Positions 1 to 9,884 of a DNA stretch of 64,000 nucleotides are shown here, in pieces. The stretch is from an uncultured Chloroflexia bacterium (GTDB taxonomy: Bacteria > Chloroflexota > Limnocylindria > Limnocylindrales > CSP1-4). The notes under the pieces are model-generated. The model did no database searches, was not told where the DNA came from, and saw only the letters and a program-made list of their open reading frames with translations. Position numbers and translations under genes: made by a program. The stretch is taken from positions 192,001 through 256,000 of the forward strand of contig CAWEZH010000002.1 in NCBI GenBank assembly GCA_963813535.1. The letters are read 5' to 3'. Positions within the stretch are counted from its first letter, which is position 1; every line of letters begins with the position of its first letter.

Positions 1-243
1 ATGCACGCAACGTCGAGCTGCCAGGGTGCACCTGAGCGGGAGGCGATGACAGTCGATGGCGAACCGGCGGTCGTCCTGGTCTATGACCGCACCGACTGCA
101 CGCACGACCATCACGTCCTGGTGGTCGGGGTGATCCACGGGACGATGGGCTACAACCTGATGTGGCTCGCCAAACGCGGCGAGGACGACCTGCGTCGAGA
201 CACGTTCGATGCTGTCGTGGGCACGTTCAGGTGGACCGACTAG
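1..243 (+). CDS. Hypothetical protein, C-terminal part (runs off window edge)
   Basis: Open frame from base 1 to TAG at 241-243; protein-like composition (TVDGEPAVVLVY...FDAVVGTFRW). Confidence 0.6.
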   Translation: MHATSSCQGAPEREAMTVDGEPAVVLVYDRTDCTHDHHVLVVGVIHGTMGYNLMWLAKRGEDDLRRDTFDAVVGTFRWTD

Positions 244-249
244 CCTAGG

Positions 250-332
250 TCAGCTCGTGTAGGCCTGATCCACGTAGCACCACGTCCAGGCTTCGCCGGG
301 CTCGATCGAGCGCATCACCGGATGCCCGGTCG
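250..332 (-). pseudogene. Remnant 3' end of a UBP-type zinc-finger gene
   Basis: TGHPVMRSIEPGEAWTWCYVD matches the ZnF-UBP C-terminal motif (compare HPIVQSFEPGEDWFWDY in the intact copy at 44614); upstream CxxC/GCCDSS part is absent. Confidence 0.6.
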
Positions 333-498
333 GTGCCACGCATCGCGCAGAGGCGGGCTGAATCGGGGCCAAGTCGAGCTGTCCGCGAGTCAATTGACCG
401 CACCGAGGACATACCAGGTCAGGATCGCGGCTCGGGCCGAGCGCGATCGCCGGGACCGCCCCGCGCCATACTCCGACCGTCGACAGCGGAGGAGGCGT

Positions 499-1506
499 AT
501 GGGCAGGATCGGGGCCGCGGTCTGGGCGACGGGGCATGCCGGACGGGTGATCGTCGAGGCCGGGCTCACCCGGCCGTGGCTCGAGTTCCGCGGCGGGATC
601 GTCTACGACCCCGCGAAGGACGGGCTGGACCTCGGCCAGGCGTGCGGGCTCGACGTCCGTCTCGGGGCGCCGGTCTCGACCGACGTCGACGCCGTCCTCG
701 CTCGTCCGGACATCGACGTCGTCTTCTACACGGGGATCGGCAGCCCGACCGAGGTCGCCGACGCCTGCCTGCGCGCCAACCGCGCCGGCAAGGACGCGAT
801 CACGATCTCCGGCCTCGTCCACCCGAAGACGGTCCTGGGCGCGACCGCGGCCGCCGAGCTCGATGCGGCCGCACGTGCCGCCGGCGGCCGGATCCTCGGC
901 ACCGGGCTCTGGGACTACCTCACGATCACGCTGCCACTCGCGTCGCTGTCCAACGTGATCCGCTTCGACGAGATCCGACTGGAGCGGGTGGCCGACACGT
1001 CGTTGTGGGGCCACGGCATCCTGCGCGACGAGGGGATCGGCGGGCCGATCGAGGCAGCCGGTGGCGGCTTCATGATGCGCAACTTCCTCGTCGAGGCGCT
1101 GATGCTGCTGGCCGAGTCGGCCGGGCTCGAGGTGGACGAGCCGACGTTCGAGAGCACCCCCGTCCTGACCGATGTCCGCCGCGAGCGGAACGGCTACGTC
1201 GCCGAGCCCGGGACGATCGGCGGTCACGACCGGCGGGCGGCCGCCAACATCCGGGGCGGCGGGCGGCTCGTGTCGGTGTGGCGCGGGCTGTTCGACCTGC
1301 AGCCGGAGCGCGACGGCATGGAGGCATCCGCCAAGGTCATCGTCGAGGGCGACCCGCCGTTCGAGACGACCGTTCGGGGCGACCTCTTCCTCGACACCTA
1401 CCCGCCGACCGGGGCGCGGGCGATGGCCGCGGTGCGTCCGCTCCGGCTCCTGCCACCCGGGCTGCACACGATCGACGAGCTGTCCCAGCGACCGATCTTC
1501 GGGTAG
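499..1506 (+). CDS. NAD(P)-dependent amine dehydrogenase / DapB-like (2,4-diaminopentanoate dehydrogenase-like) oxidoreductase
   Basis: RBS GGAGGAGG before ATG 499; N-terminal Rossmann-like VWATGHAGR, KDGLDLG, STDVDAVL..DVVFYT, ILGTG. Confidence 0.75.
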   Translation: MGRIGAAVWATGHAGRVIVEAGLTRPWLEFRGGIVYDPAKDGLDLGQACGLDVRLGAPVSTDVDAVLARPDIDVVFYTGIGSPTEVADACLRANRAGKDAITISGLVHPKTVLGATAAAELDAAARAAGGRILGTGLWDYLTITLPLASLSNVIRFDEIRLERVADTSLWGHGILRDEGIGGPIEAAGGGFMMRNFLVEALMLLAESAGLEVDEPTFESTPVLTDVRRERNGYVAEPGTIGGHDRRAAANIRGGGRLVSVWRGLFDLQPERDGMEASAKVIVEGDPPFETTVRGDLFLDTYPPTGARAMAAVRPLRLLPPGLHTIDELSQRPIFG

Positions 1507-1507
1507 G

Positions 1508-2640
1508 TCAGCCGGCGAGCTGACCCGGATGCTCGCCTTCGACGACGACCAGGCCGCGCTCGGCGAGCGCGTCGACGAACGGCCGCGGCGTCGAAGGCCG
1601 CCTCCGGTGGATGGACGCCGGTCGGCCCGCCGCGCGCGACCAGGTCCGCGGCGATCGCCGCGACCGTGCCGGTGATCGCGGCCGACGCTGACCGCCCGAC
1701 CTGCTCGACCGCGAAGTCGTAGGTCAGCGTCATCGGCCGGCCGTCGAGCGTGCCCTCGACCCGGACGTGCTTGACGTTCGCGCTCCGCTCGGTCGGGCCG
1801 ATGCCGCGCCGGCCGATGTACGCCGCCGCGAATCGACGCGGCGAGATCGCGACGCCGTCGACGACGAACGGCTCCTCGCGATCGAAGCCGAGCTCGAGCA
1901 GGACGCGGATCCGGGCCGTCTCGTCGGCCGGGTAGCCGACCTTGAACACGACGTCGCGGACGTCGATCGTCCGCGGCAGCGTCACGCGGCTCGGGGTGGG
2001 GGACGAGGTGGACCTCCTGCTCGCCGTACGGCTCCGGGAAGGCGAAGCGCTCCTCGCCGCTGAACGAGGGGTATTCGACCGGCTGGCCGGCCTCCCACAC
2101 GATCGACGTCCCGGTGCTGGCGTCGAAGCGGGTCACGACGATCCCCGGTGACGTCCACATCGGATGGGTGATGTACGAGTACATCCGGATCGCGTCGACC
2201 GTGTCGAGCCGGTCGGCGCCGAGCCTCGCCAGGACGTTGGTCAGGCCGGGCGCGACGCCGCAGCCGGGGACGATCCGGCAGCCGGCCGCCTCCGCGGCCG
2301 CATGCCGCTCGAGCTGCTGGAGCGTCTCCGGGTAGTACGAGCCGAGGTCGACGAGGTGGACGCCCGCGGCGATCGCCGCGTCGGTGACGAGCACGTTGTG
2401 CCGCATGTAGGTCGCGTTGAGCACGACGTCGGTGTCGGCGAGGGCCGGCGCCAGCGACGCGGGGTCGTCGACGTCGACCTGGACGACTCGATCGGGTGCA
2501 CCGAGTCGGTCGAGCAGGGCGTGCGCGGCATCCACCCGGATGTCGCCGATCGACACCTCGTGGTCGGTCCGCTCGACGAGGTCGGCGACGGCCGCCGATC
2601 CCATCTCGCCCGAGCCGCCGAGGACCAGGATGCGAGCCAC
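1508..2640 (-). CDS. Saccharopine dehydrogenase family oxidoreductase (frameshifts near 1990 and 1585)
   Basis: ILVLGGSGEMG Rossmann motif, GCGVAPGLTN, HPEP, C-terminal TGTVAAIAA..GVHPPE; pieces lie in three frames and end at TGA 1508. Confidence 0.8.
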
Positions 2641-2739
2641 GCGCCGATCGTAGTTGACACGCCATGCCGCTGGTCCAAGGTTCGGTCGTGGATGCCACGG
2701 CTCCCTCGACGACGACGTCCGGCGTCGCGACGAGCCCTG

Positions 2740-3597
2740 TCAGCTGCGGAGGCTCCAATGTCGACTGGGCTTCCAGTGGGCTACCGCTTCGTTCTCGCAG
2801 CCGACTCCGTCTCCATCTCGGTCAAGGTCGAATTCGTCATACCCGACGACTCTGATCGAGCCCGCTCACGTAGTTCGGTCCATTGCCAGAGCCGCTAGCG
2901 CAGTCGTAGTCGCCACTGTTCTGTCGTAGACAGGCACCTCGATAGGACGGGTGGCAATTGCTTCTGCTGTCAGGTCGAGGAGGTGTCGGCCGAGGGGCCG
3001 GCGGAGGCGGTGGCGTGTCTCCCTTCATGGTTACCAGCCACTTCTGGACAGTTGCTCTTCACCACCATGATCGCGCCACGGGAATGCGGTACGGAATGGC
3101 TTCCTGCCCTTCTCTTGATCGCTGTCCCCCACAGTGACGCGGCCTCGGACCGTGGATGCGGATGACGGGTCCAGCGACCAGTCCACTCGGCAATTGAAGT
3201 CGCTGGCCGTCACGTCCCACCGGAGGGTCGCGTAGTCATGAGGGAACGACACCCGTGTCCACGCGTAATTGCCACGCGAGCCCCGAAACTTGGCGGGCTC
3301 CACGGGCCCCGGCGGTCACCCGGGTGGTCGCTCGTCGAGTTCTCGGGCTTGGGGGTCGGCTTGGGGGTCGGCTTGGGGGTGGGTTCGGGGGTCGGTTCGG
3401 GGGTTGGCTCGGAGGTCGGCTCGGAGGATCGGCTCGGAGGTCGGCGTCGCCGCTGGTTGGGTTTCCGGTGCGACGCTCGGGGCTGTCTCGATCTTGGCGC
3501 TGGGTACTGTGGGCGCGAGTGCTAGCGAGCCGGTTTGGCACGCGCCGAGCACCAAAGCGAGCCCCAAGAAGAATGAGAACGGGTTTTGTCGTTGTAC
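2740..3597 (-). pseudogene. Lipoprotein with Pro/Thr-rich linker and C-terminal excalibur-like Ca-binding domain, multiply frameshifted
   Basis: Lipobox LALVLGAC; (E/K)PTP repeats 3350-3430; NCHPSYRGACL..DYDCASGSGNGPNYV followed after a frameshift by IRVVGYDEFDLDRDGDGVGCE. Confidence 0.65.
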
Positions 3598-3935
3598 GAA
3601 GCAAGATGCTTGATCCTTACGAACTATTGGCCTGGCGGCGATCCAGGCGCACGCAGACATCGAAAATCGCCGCCCTGAACCCGGCATCCGAAGCATCCCT
3701 CGCGCGCGAGGGCACGACCAGGACACGACTGCGCAAATCGAGAAGTGATCCGATGCTCGCCTTCAGCAATCTGCGACGGATCTCATGTCACGCGCCGGTC
3801 GAGCGTGGCACCGACGGCATGCCCACCGACGTGAGCCATTGGTACTTCCTTGGGAACCGCCTGTTCTGGCCGACGGCCGGGACGCTGGGACCGTTACGGT
3901 CAGCGTTCCGGCGGTCGGTCAGACCGCGAAACTCC

Positions 3936-4760
3936 CTAGCGGAGCTTCAGTGTCGTGAAGACCCCATCGAGTCCATAGGCGTCATCCGACCACAGGAGCT
4001 TCAGCGAGGAGATGTCCTCCTTGGGCACCCGGAAGCAGATATTGCCGGCGATCTTGCCACCCTTGCGGACGTTCCGGTCGTCGTACGTGATGTCCTTCGG
4101 GATGACCCCGCAGGTCTCGCCTTCGAACGTCGAATACTCGACGTTCGTGCCTGAGCCGAGGACCATGAGGTGCTCAGACGCGTCGAACGAGGTCCGGCCG
4201 CTGCCCTTGTACACAGCGGTGATGGGGATGTTCACGTCGCGCCACCCGGCGGGCGGGGCGTCGTTGAACATGTTCTCGCGCTTGTTGACCTTCCATGCGT
4301 TGAAGTTGACCTTGCCCGGGCCGACGCGGATGTCCAGTCGGTGCCGGTGCGGAAGACCTTGTTTTTCTTCACGTCTGGCGCGGGTGTCGGGACGATACTC
4401 GCCGGTCTCCAGCGGCCGATGACACGAGGGCGGCGTCCAGCACGGCTTGGTCAGTCGTGGTGGCCATGCGCTCCTCGTCGCCGATGAGCTCCATGACGGT
4501 GTCGAAGTCCTCGGTCTCGGCGGCTGCCGCCGTGACATCGTCCATCGTGATCTGGATTCGTCTCGATTCCACCAACAGCGGCAGGGGTTGCTTCGACGGA
4601 GGGTTTGACCGTCGGCTTGACCGACGGGGTGACGACAGCCGGCGACGAAGCCGGCGACGCGGGGGCGAATTTCCCGTGGATGGGGCCTGGCTAGAGCCGG
4701 CGATGCTGCAACGGCGAGCACGAAAGTGCCAGCGGTCACGGCCATGCGCTTGAGTGTCAT
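3936..4760 (-). CDS. Secreted hypothetical protein with C-terminal Ig-like (DUF4352-like) domain; middle probably frameshifted
   Basis: Signal peptide MTLKRMAVTAGTFVLAVAASPALA; C-terminal CGVIP...GGKIAGNICFRVPKEDISSLKL. Confidence 0.5.
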   Translation of the reverse strand: MTLKRMAVTAGTFVLAVAASPALARPHPREIRPRVAGFVAGCRHPVGQADGQTLRRSNPCRCWWNRDESRSRWTMSRRQPPRPRTSTPSWSSSATRSAWPPRLTKPCWTPPSCHRPLETGEYRPDTRARREEKQGLPHRHRLDIRVGPGKVNFNAWKVNKRENMFNDAPPAGWRDVNIPITAVYKGSGRTSFDASEHLMVLGSGTNVEYSTFEGETCGVIPKDITYDDRNVRKGGKIAGNICFRVPKEDISSLKLLWSDDAYGLDGVFTTLKLR

Positions 4761-5056
4761 GTTGTTCGGGTGTCTCCTTGTTTCGCCGTCATGTCGGACG
4801 GCCAGTGGTGATGAGAGCAGGGGCGACATCACGCTCACGAGGGACTCGTTTGCGACAGTGCCTTCATGTCCGCGGCGTCATGCAGCGGGGCTGTACGTTG
4901 AGGCGACCTAAGAAAAGGTTTGATCGCGCTCAACAAACTTGGACTCGCCTGAGGATGCGGGATACGTGCGTCGGATCCATCGCCCGACTTCAGCAAACTG
5001 GATCTTGCTTCGCTGCACAAATGCTGCAATCGCCGAGGCGAGCGACGCTGGTGGCT

Positions 5057-6460
5057 CTAGGTCAGCCCCCGACGCCTCTGACTCGCCAGTCGGTCGATAG
5101 TCAAGGCTACGTCGAGCCGTCGGCCTGCCTTACCTTCGAGGCTTCGTCCGAGCAATACCCGATCCGCTCGAGGCGATAGGCCACCGTCCGATCAGCAAGG
5201 TGCAGTCTGCGGGCCGCTCGCCGGCGGTTCTCGCCGGAGTCGAAGTAGACCTGCAGCGTCTCGATCAGCTCCTCGCCCATTCTCTTGTCGCTAGGAGGGC
5301 GCCGAGCTCGTCGGTCGACGATGGTCGAGCGCCAGGTCCCGGTCGCTCAGCAGGAGCCGCTCGATCGTCAGTTCGGCGAGATCATCGATCACCCCGTGAC
5401 GGCCGATCTCATCGGCGACCCGGAGGCCCTCCTGCAAGTCCGCGAGTCCGCGAGCGATCTCTCCCACGCCGGCCGCCTCGACCGCGATCGCGGCCCAGGA
5501 AGTGTCTCGCGTCGGCTCGACCCTCACCAGGACCCTCCGAATCGCGTCCTGGAGCCGGAGCGCACTCGCGAGGATCGGACCCGAGGATCGCACGATCCGG
5601 CGACGCCACGTGACGGCCAGCGGCGCCTGGATCCGCTGGCGACCGCGTCCGCGCGTGAGCTCCGCCGGCGAAGGAGGTGGTCGATGCGTCCGGCGAGCTG
5701 CTCGAGATCCGCGACCGTCGAAGCCGGGTTGATCCGGTGTCGGATCGGCTTCGGGACCAGGCATGATCGCCGCGACGCGATACGTCGCATCGGCGTCCAT
5801 GCCATACCGCAGCGCGAGTCGACGGAGACGCATCGCAGCACGTGCAGTGGTCGGCTCCGCGTTCAGCAGCTCCTCGAGCGCCGCCCGCCGCGCTGCGCGC
5901 ATCACGGGCGAGCAGCTCCCGACTCGGTCGCTCGGTAGCCCTCGCCGACCGCCAGGGATGCCAGCTCGGTCGCCAGCAACAGCCATCGACCAGCTCTTCA
6001 AGCTGATCAGCTCCGAGATCGGACGTGTGGATCCGATCGACGCCGTGCTCCCAGATTTCCGTCGGACGTGAGAGCTAAGACCAGGAAGACGATGAGGCGT
6101 CGGCCCTGCCTCGCCGCGATCGAACCCGACTCGTACAAAAGGGACAGGGCCATTGCGAGGTCTAGGCGCCCCTCGGCGAGCGCGCGATTCGCCAGGTCGG
6201 CGAGAGCCTCGTACGTCTCGGCGCGGATGCGCGGTCGAACGGGTTCACAGCGGCGTTGCCGACGGCTCGAGCTCGCAGGACGGGTATGGCCGCCTCGAGG
6301 TCGTCCGCCTGAGCCGAGACGTGCGCGATCAAGAACGTCAGCCTGACGCGGGCGCGGCACTCCTCCTCGGACTCGACCAGGTCGGCGGGAACGCCGCGAT
6401 GACCAACTCGATGTCCGGCAGGACGAGATCGATGAAGTCGCCCGGCGGAGCCTTTGCCAC
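5057..6460 (-). pseudogene. PucR/CdaR-family transcriptional regulator, heavily frameshifted paralogue of 36122-37549
   Basis: Fragments in several frames align with the intact copy: RVRLTFLIAHVSAQADDLEAAIPVLRARA, ARRAALEEL, IERLLLSD, ELIETLQVYF, LADRTVAYRLER. Confidence 0.8.
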
Positions 6461-6601
6461 GTAGGGCGGACACCCCCAGTTCATGCCGGCAGGGTAGCAG
6501 TCGGGTCCTTGGCTCATGGTGGATGCGATGAGGGGCTCGGGCAAGACCAAGGCTCGGCTCGTGAAGGCTCTGCAGCTCCCGGAAACAACGCGGTGTCGTA
6601 A

Positions 6602-6666
6602 CTCGACGGATGTCGACGCCGTCCCCGGTCGTGCGGACATCGACGTCGTCTTCTACACGGGATCGG
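6602..6666 (+). repeat. ~65-bp diverged copy of an internal piece of the amine dehydrogenase gene (675-740)
   Basis: ctcgacggatgtcgacgccgtccccggtcgtgcggacatcgacgtcgtcttctacacgggatcgg vs ctcgaccgacgtcgacgccgtcctcgctcgtccggacatcgacgtcgtcttctacacggggatcgg. Confidence 0.8.
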
Positions 6667-6748
6667 CGCAACTCGTCCTGGGCCGACTCACCGTCGAGAG
6701 AGCGCCTGAGTTGCTGCGATAATGGGTCGCCGCTCCACGAGGGGAAGG

Positions 6749-8095
6749 ATGACCTCAGGGCTCCCGCAGGCCTCACTCCTCGAGAACGTCCGCTTCTCGC
6801 TGACGTACCTGCTGCCGAGCATGCTCCGGGGGCTCGCGATCCCGTTGCCGTTCTGGACCGAGCTGGCGGTTCGGTCTGACAGCGGGCGCGGCGTGGCGGC
6901 GGTCGAGCGTCTGACCAAGCGGTACGCCGGCCGGCCTGTGATGCTTCGAGGCGTCCAGGGGCGAACGCTGCTCATCCTCGCGGCCGACGATGTCCGCCGG
7001 GTCCTGGAGTCACCCGTGTCCCTCTACGGGATGAACGCTGGCGAGAAGCGGCGGCTGTTGTCTCCGTTCGCACCCGATGCGCTCAACGCCTCACCGCCGG
7101 ATCTCCATGCCCAGCGCCGGCCGTTCAACGAGGCCGTGCTTGACTACGGGCACGAGCCCCATCTCCTCGCGGAGCAATTCCTGAGGGTCGTCCGCGAGGA
7201 GGTCACGGCGATGCTGGCGGACGCCGGGGTCCTCGACTACGAGCGGTCGCTCGCAGCCTTTCGAAGGATCGCGCGGCGCTGCGCCCTCGGCGATGCCGCC
7301 GCGGATGACACGGAGCTGAGCGAGGAGCACAGCCGATTGCGCGCGGACGGCGACTGGCTGGGGCTCAAGGTCTGGAATCGACGCAGGAACGCACGGCTCC
7401 GAGCGTCCATGGACGAACGGATCCAGCGATACGTCGCCGCCGCCGAGCCCGGCACGCTCGTCAGTCTCTTCACGTCCGCGCCCAGGGAGGCGGGAACCAG
7501 TCCGAACGGCCAGGTCCCGTTCTGGCTGATGGCGCTCGACGCGGTTCGCATCGCGGTCTTCAACACGCTGGCGCTGCTCAAGACCGATCCCGCCGCGCAC
7601 GAGCGCGCCCTCGCCGAGGTCCGCACGGCGGACACGGCCCATGGGCCGGGCACGGTCGCCGCCCTCGCCGACCTTGCCTTCGTGCGCGCCTGCATGCTCG
7701 ACAGCGTTCGACTGTGGCCCGCGGCAGCAGTGCTCGTGCGAGTCACGGCGGCCGAGACGGAGTGGTATGGCGAGACGCTGCCGATCGGCGCGAAGGTCCT
7801 CATCCCCGTCGCCGCCCACCATCGCGCGCGTCGGTTGCCGCATGCGAACCGGTTCGCACCCGACCTTTGGCTCGACGGCTCGGCAGACGCCGACTGGCAG
7901 ATGAACGTGTTCTCGCGCGGCGGCGCGCAGTGTGCCGGCCGGAATCTCGCCCTCCTACTCGGCACCGCCAGCCTCGCGGAGCTGCTCCGACAGGGGGAGT
8001 TCGAGCTCCTGAAGCCGAAGCTGGTCCCGGGCCGGCCGCTCCCGTACGCGATGAACCCGTTGAACGTCCGATTTGCCGTTCGCGGAACCCGTTGA
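6749..8095 (+). CDS. Cytochrome P450
   Basis: Heme motif FSRGGAQCAG, meander RFAPDLW, K-helix DSVRLWP; RBS GAGGGG before ATG 6749. Confidence 0.9.
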   Translation: MTSGLPQASLLENVRFSLTYLLPSMLRGLAIPLPFWTELAVRSDSGRGVAAVERLTKRYAGRPVMLRGVQGRTLLILAADDVRRVLESPVSLYGMNAGEKRRLLSPFAPDALNASPPDLHAQRRPFNEAVLDYGHEPHLLAEQFLRVVREEVTAMLADAGVLDYERSLAAFRRIARRCALGDAAADDTELSEEHSRLRADGDWLGLKVWNRRRNARLRASMDERIQRYVAAAEPGTLVSLFTSAPREAGTSPNGQVPFWLMALDAVRIAVFNTLALLKTDPAAHERALAEVRTADTAHGPGTVAALADLAFVRACMLDSVRLWPAAAVLVRVTAAETEWYGETLPIGAKVLIPVAAHHRARRLPHANRFAPDLWLDGSADADWQMNVFSRGGAQCAGRNLALLLGTASLAELLRQGEFELLKPKLVPGRPLPYAMNPLNVRFAVRGTR

Positions 8096-8120
8096 CCTCG
8101 CCGGCCGTGTTGGTTGGGAC

Positions 8121-9884
8121 TCAGCGTGTCGCTTCGGACGGATCCGTGGTGAATGGGCCCTCGACCTCGGTGAAGTTCGGTCCTGAGTCGGTGTAGGGCG
8201 CATCGAAGCCGGACGAGAACAGCGAGATCACCTCGTCGGGGTCCTGGCACTCGTCCACCAACGCCATGTCGATCCACGCCCGGCAGGGCGCTTCCCAGAC
8301 GGCCCAGATGGCAAAGCGTCCCTCGGGCAGTCCGTCTGGGAAGTCGTGGACGAACCACTCGCAGGTCGCCGGTCCGGTCTGGGTCTCGTAGGTGGGTCCG
8401 CACCGGTCGCTCGTCCCGCGCATGACATAGTCGGAGGTGTAGCGGTAGGTGGCCTTGTCCCCGCCGTCGCCCATGCGCGTGACATACAACACGACATCAA
8501 AGCCGTCTCCGAGCGGCTGCTCCCGGTTGTTGATGAACCCTTCGCGGACGTGGAACGGACGGCCAGCCGTCCAGACGCCAGAGCCCATGGTCGGGTTCTC
8601 GGGGTCCATCCAGTGCGCGTCGCGGAAGCACTCCGGCCAGCAGAATTCGAACAGGAAGTCGAGGCGGTCCGGGTTGGGCGCATCGTTGATCGTGCCCAGC
8701 GGCAAGGGTCCCGTACCATCGTCGCCGGGCAGTGCCCCCGCCATGTCTGGAAGCGGGCTGCCGCCCGTCGGCAGGGCCGCCACGTCGTCCGTCGAACGAG
8801 GCGGTGGCGTGGCTTCCGGGGGATTCGCGCGTGTCGCTTCGGACGGATCCGTGGTGAATGGGCCCTCGACCTCGGTGAAGTTCGGTCCTGAATCGGTGTA
8901 GGGCGCATCGAAGCCGGACGAGAACAGCGAGATCACCTCGTCGGGGTCCTGGCACTCGTCCACCAACGCCATGTCGATCCACGCCCGGCAGGGCGCTTCC
9001 CAGACGGCCCAGATGGCAAAGCGTCCCTCGGGCAGTCCGTCTGGGAAGTCGTGGACGAACCACTCGCAGGTCGCCGGTCCGGTCTGGGTCTCGTAGGTGG
9101 GTCCGCACCGGTCGCTCGTCCCGCGCATGACATAGTCGGAGGTGTAGCGGTAGGTGGCCTTGTCCCCGCCGTCGCCCATGCGCGTGACATACAACACGAC
9201 ATCAAAGCCGTCTCCGAGCGGCTGCTCCCGGTTGTTGATGAACCCTTCGCGGACGTGGAACGGACGGCCAGCCGTCCAGACGCCAGAGCCCATGGTCGGG
9301 TTCTCGGGGTCCATCCAGTGCGCGTCGCGGAAGCACTCCGGCCAGCAGAATTCGAACAGGAAGTCGAGGCGGTCCGGGTTGGGCGCATCGTTGATCGTGC
9401 CCAGCGGCAAGGGTCCCGTACCATCGTCGCCGGGCAGTGCCCCCGCCATGTCTGGAAGCGGGCTGCCGCCCGTCGGCAGGGCCGCCACGTGGTCCGTCGA
9501 ACGAGGCGGTGGCGTCGAACGAGGCGGTGGCGTGGCTTCTGGGGAATCCGCGGGAGTGGAGCTCGGACCCACGACGGCCGGAAGGCTGGCGCTGGGGCTC
9601 GCGCTCGTCGTCGGGCTCGGATCGCTGACGGCTGCATTGTCGAGTCTATTCACGTAGAACAGGCCGCTGACCGCGATGACGCCGATGACGACAGCCGCAG
9701 CGACGGGCCAGCGGGTGGACGTTGGCACGATGGTGAACCGCCTCCGGATGCGCACGGAACGCCGCTGCGCGCTGGCCATCGCCGCAGAGGCGATGGTTCC
9801 TGGCTCGAATCGCGCGACGCTCATGTCGGCGTCGGACCGAAGGGCGGCAGCGAGGTTCCGCTCGAACTGGTCGAAGTCAGCCAT
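8121..9884 (-). CDS. Putative membrane-anchored anti-sigma factor with duplicated 235-aa Cys-containing extracellular domain
   Basis: Overlaps the ECF sigma stop; MADFDQFERNLAAALR N-terminus, one TM helix (WPVAAAVVIGVIAVSGLFY), Ser/Pro linker, two copies of one domain. Confidence 0.75.
   Translation of the reverse strand: MADFDQFERNLAAALRSDADMSVARFEPGTIASAAMASAQRRSVRIRRRFTIVPTSTRWPVAAAVVIGVIAVSGLFYVNRLDNAAVSDPSPTTSASPSASLPAVVGPSSTPADSPEATPPPRSTPPPRSTDHVAALPTGGSPLPDMAGALPGDDGTGPLPLGTINDAPNPDRLDFLFEFCWPECFRDAHWMDPENPTMGSGVWTAGRPFHVREGFINNREQPLGDGFDVVLYVTRMGDGGDKATYRYTSDYVMRGTSDRCGPTYETQTGPATCEWFVHDFPDGLPEGRFAIWAVWEAPCRAWIDMALVDECQDPDEVISLFSSGFDAPYTDSGPNFTEVEGPFTTDPSEATRANPPEATPPPRSTDDVAALPTGGSPLPDMAGALPGDDGTGPLPLGTINDAPNPDRLDFLFEFCWPECFRDAHWMDPENPTMGSGVWTAGRPFHVREGFINNREQPLGDGFDVVLYVTRMGDGGDKATYRYTSDYVMRGTSDRCGPTYETQTGPATCEWFVHDFPDGLPEGRFAIWAVWEAPCRAWIDMALVDECQDPDEVISLFSSGFDAPYTDSGPNFTEVEGPFTTDPSEATR
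8124..9515. repeat. Near-identical 705-bp tandem duplication
   Basis: gcgtgtcgcttcggacggatccgtgg starts at 8124 and 8829; about two substitutions seen in the core. Confidence 0.95.

Noticed and set aside
250-2640. 796-aa ORF as a dehydrogenase-ZnF fusion
   Set aside because: Read-through artefact after a frameshift; the middle is antisense to the real 499-1506 gene
3345-3435. 12-bp tandem repeats (ggcttgggggtc-like) as a VNTR or regulatory repeat
   Set aside because: They encode the (E/K)PTP linker of the broken lipoprotein
4369-4575. Separate small acidic ORF inside the 3936-4760 gene
   Set aside because: More likely the true middle frame of the frameshifted secreted protein; no independent start signals
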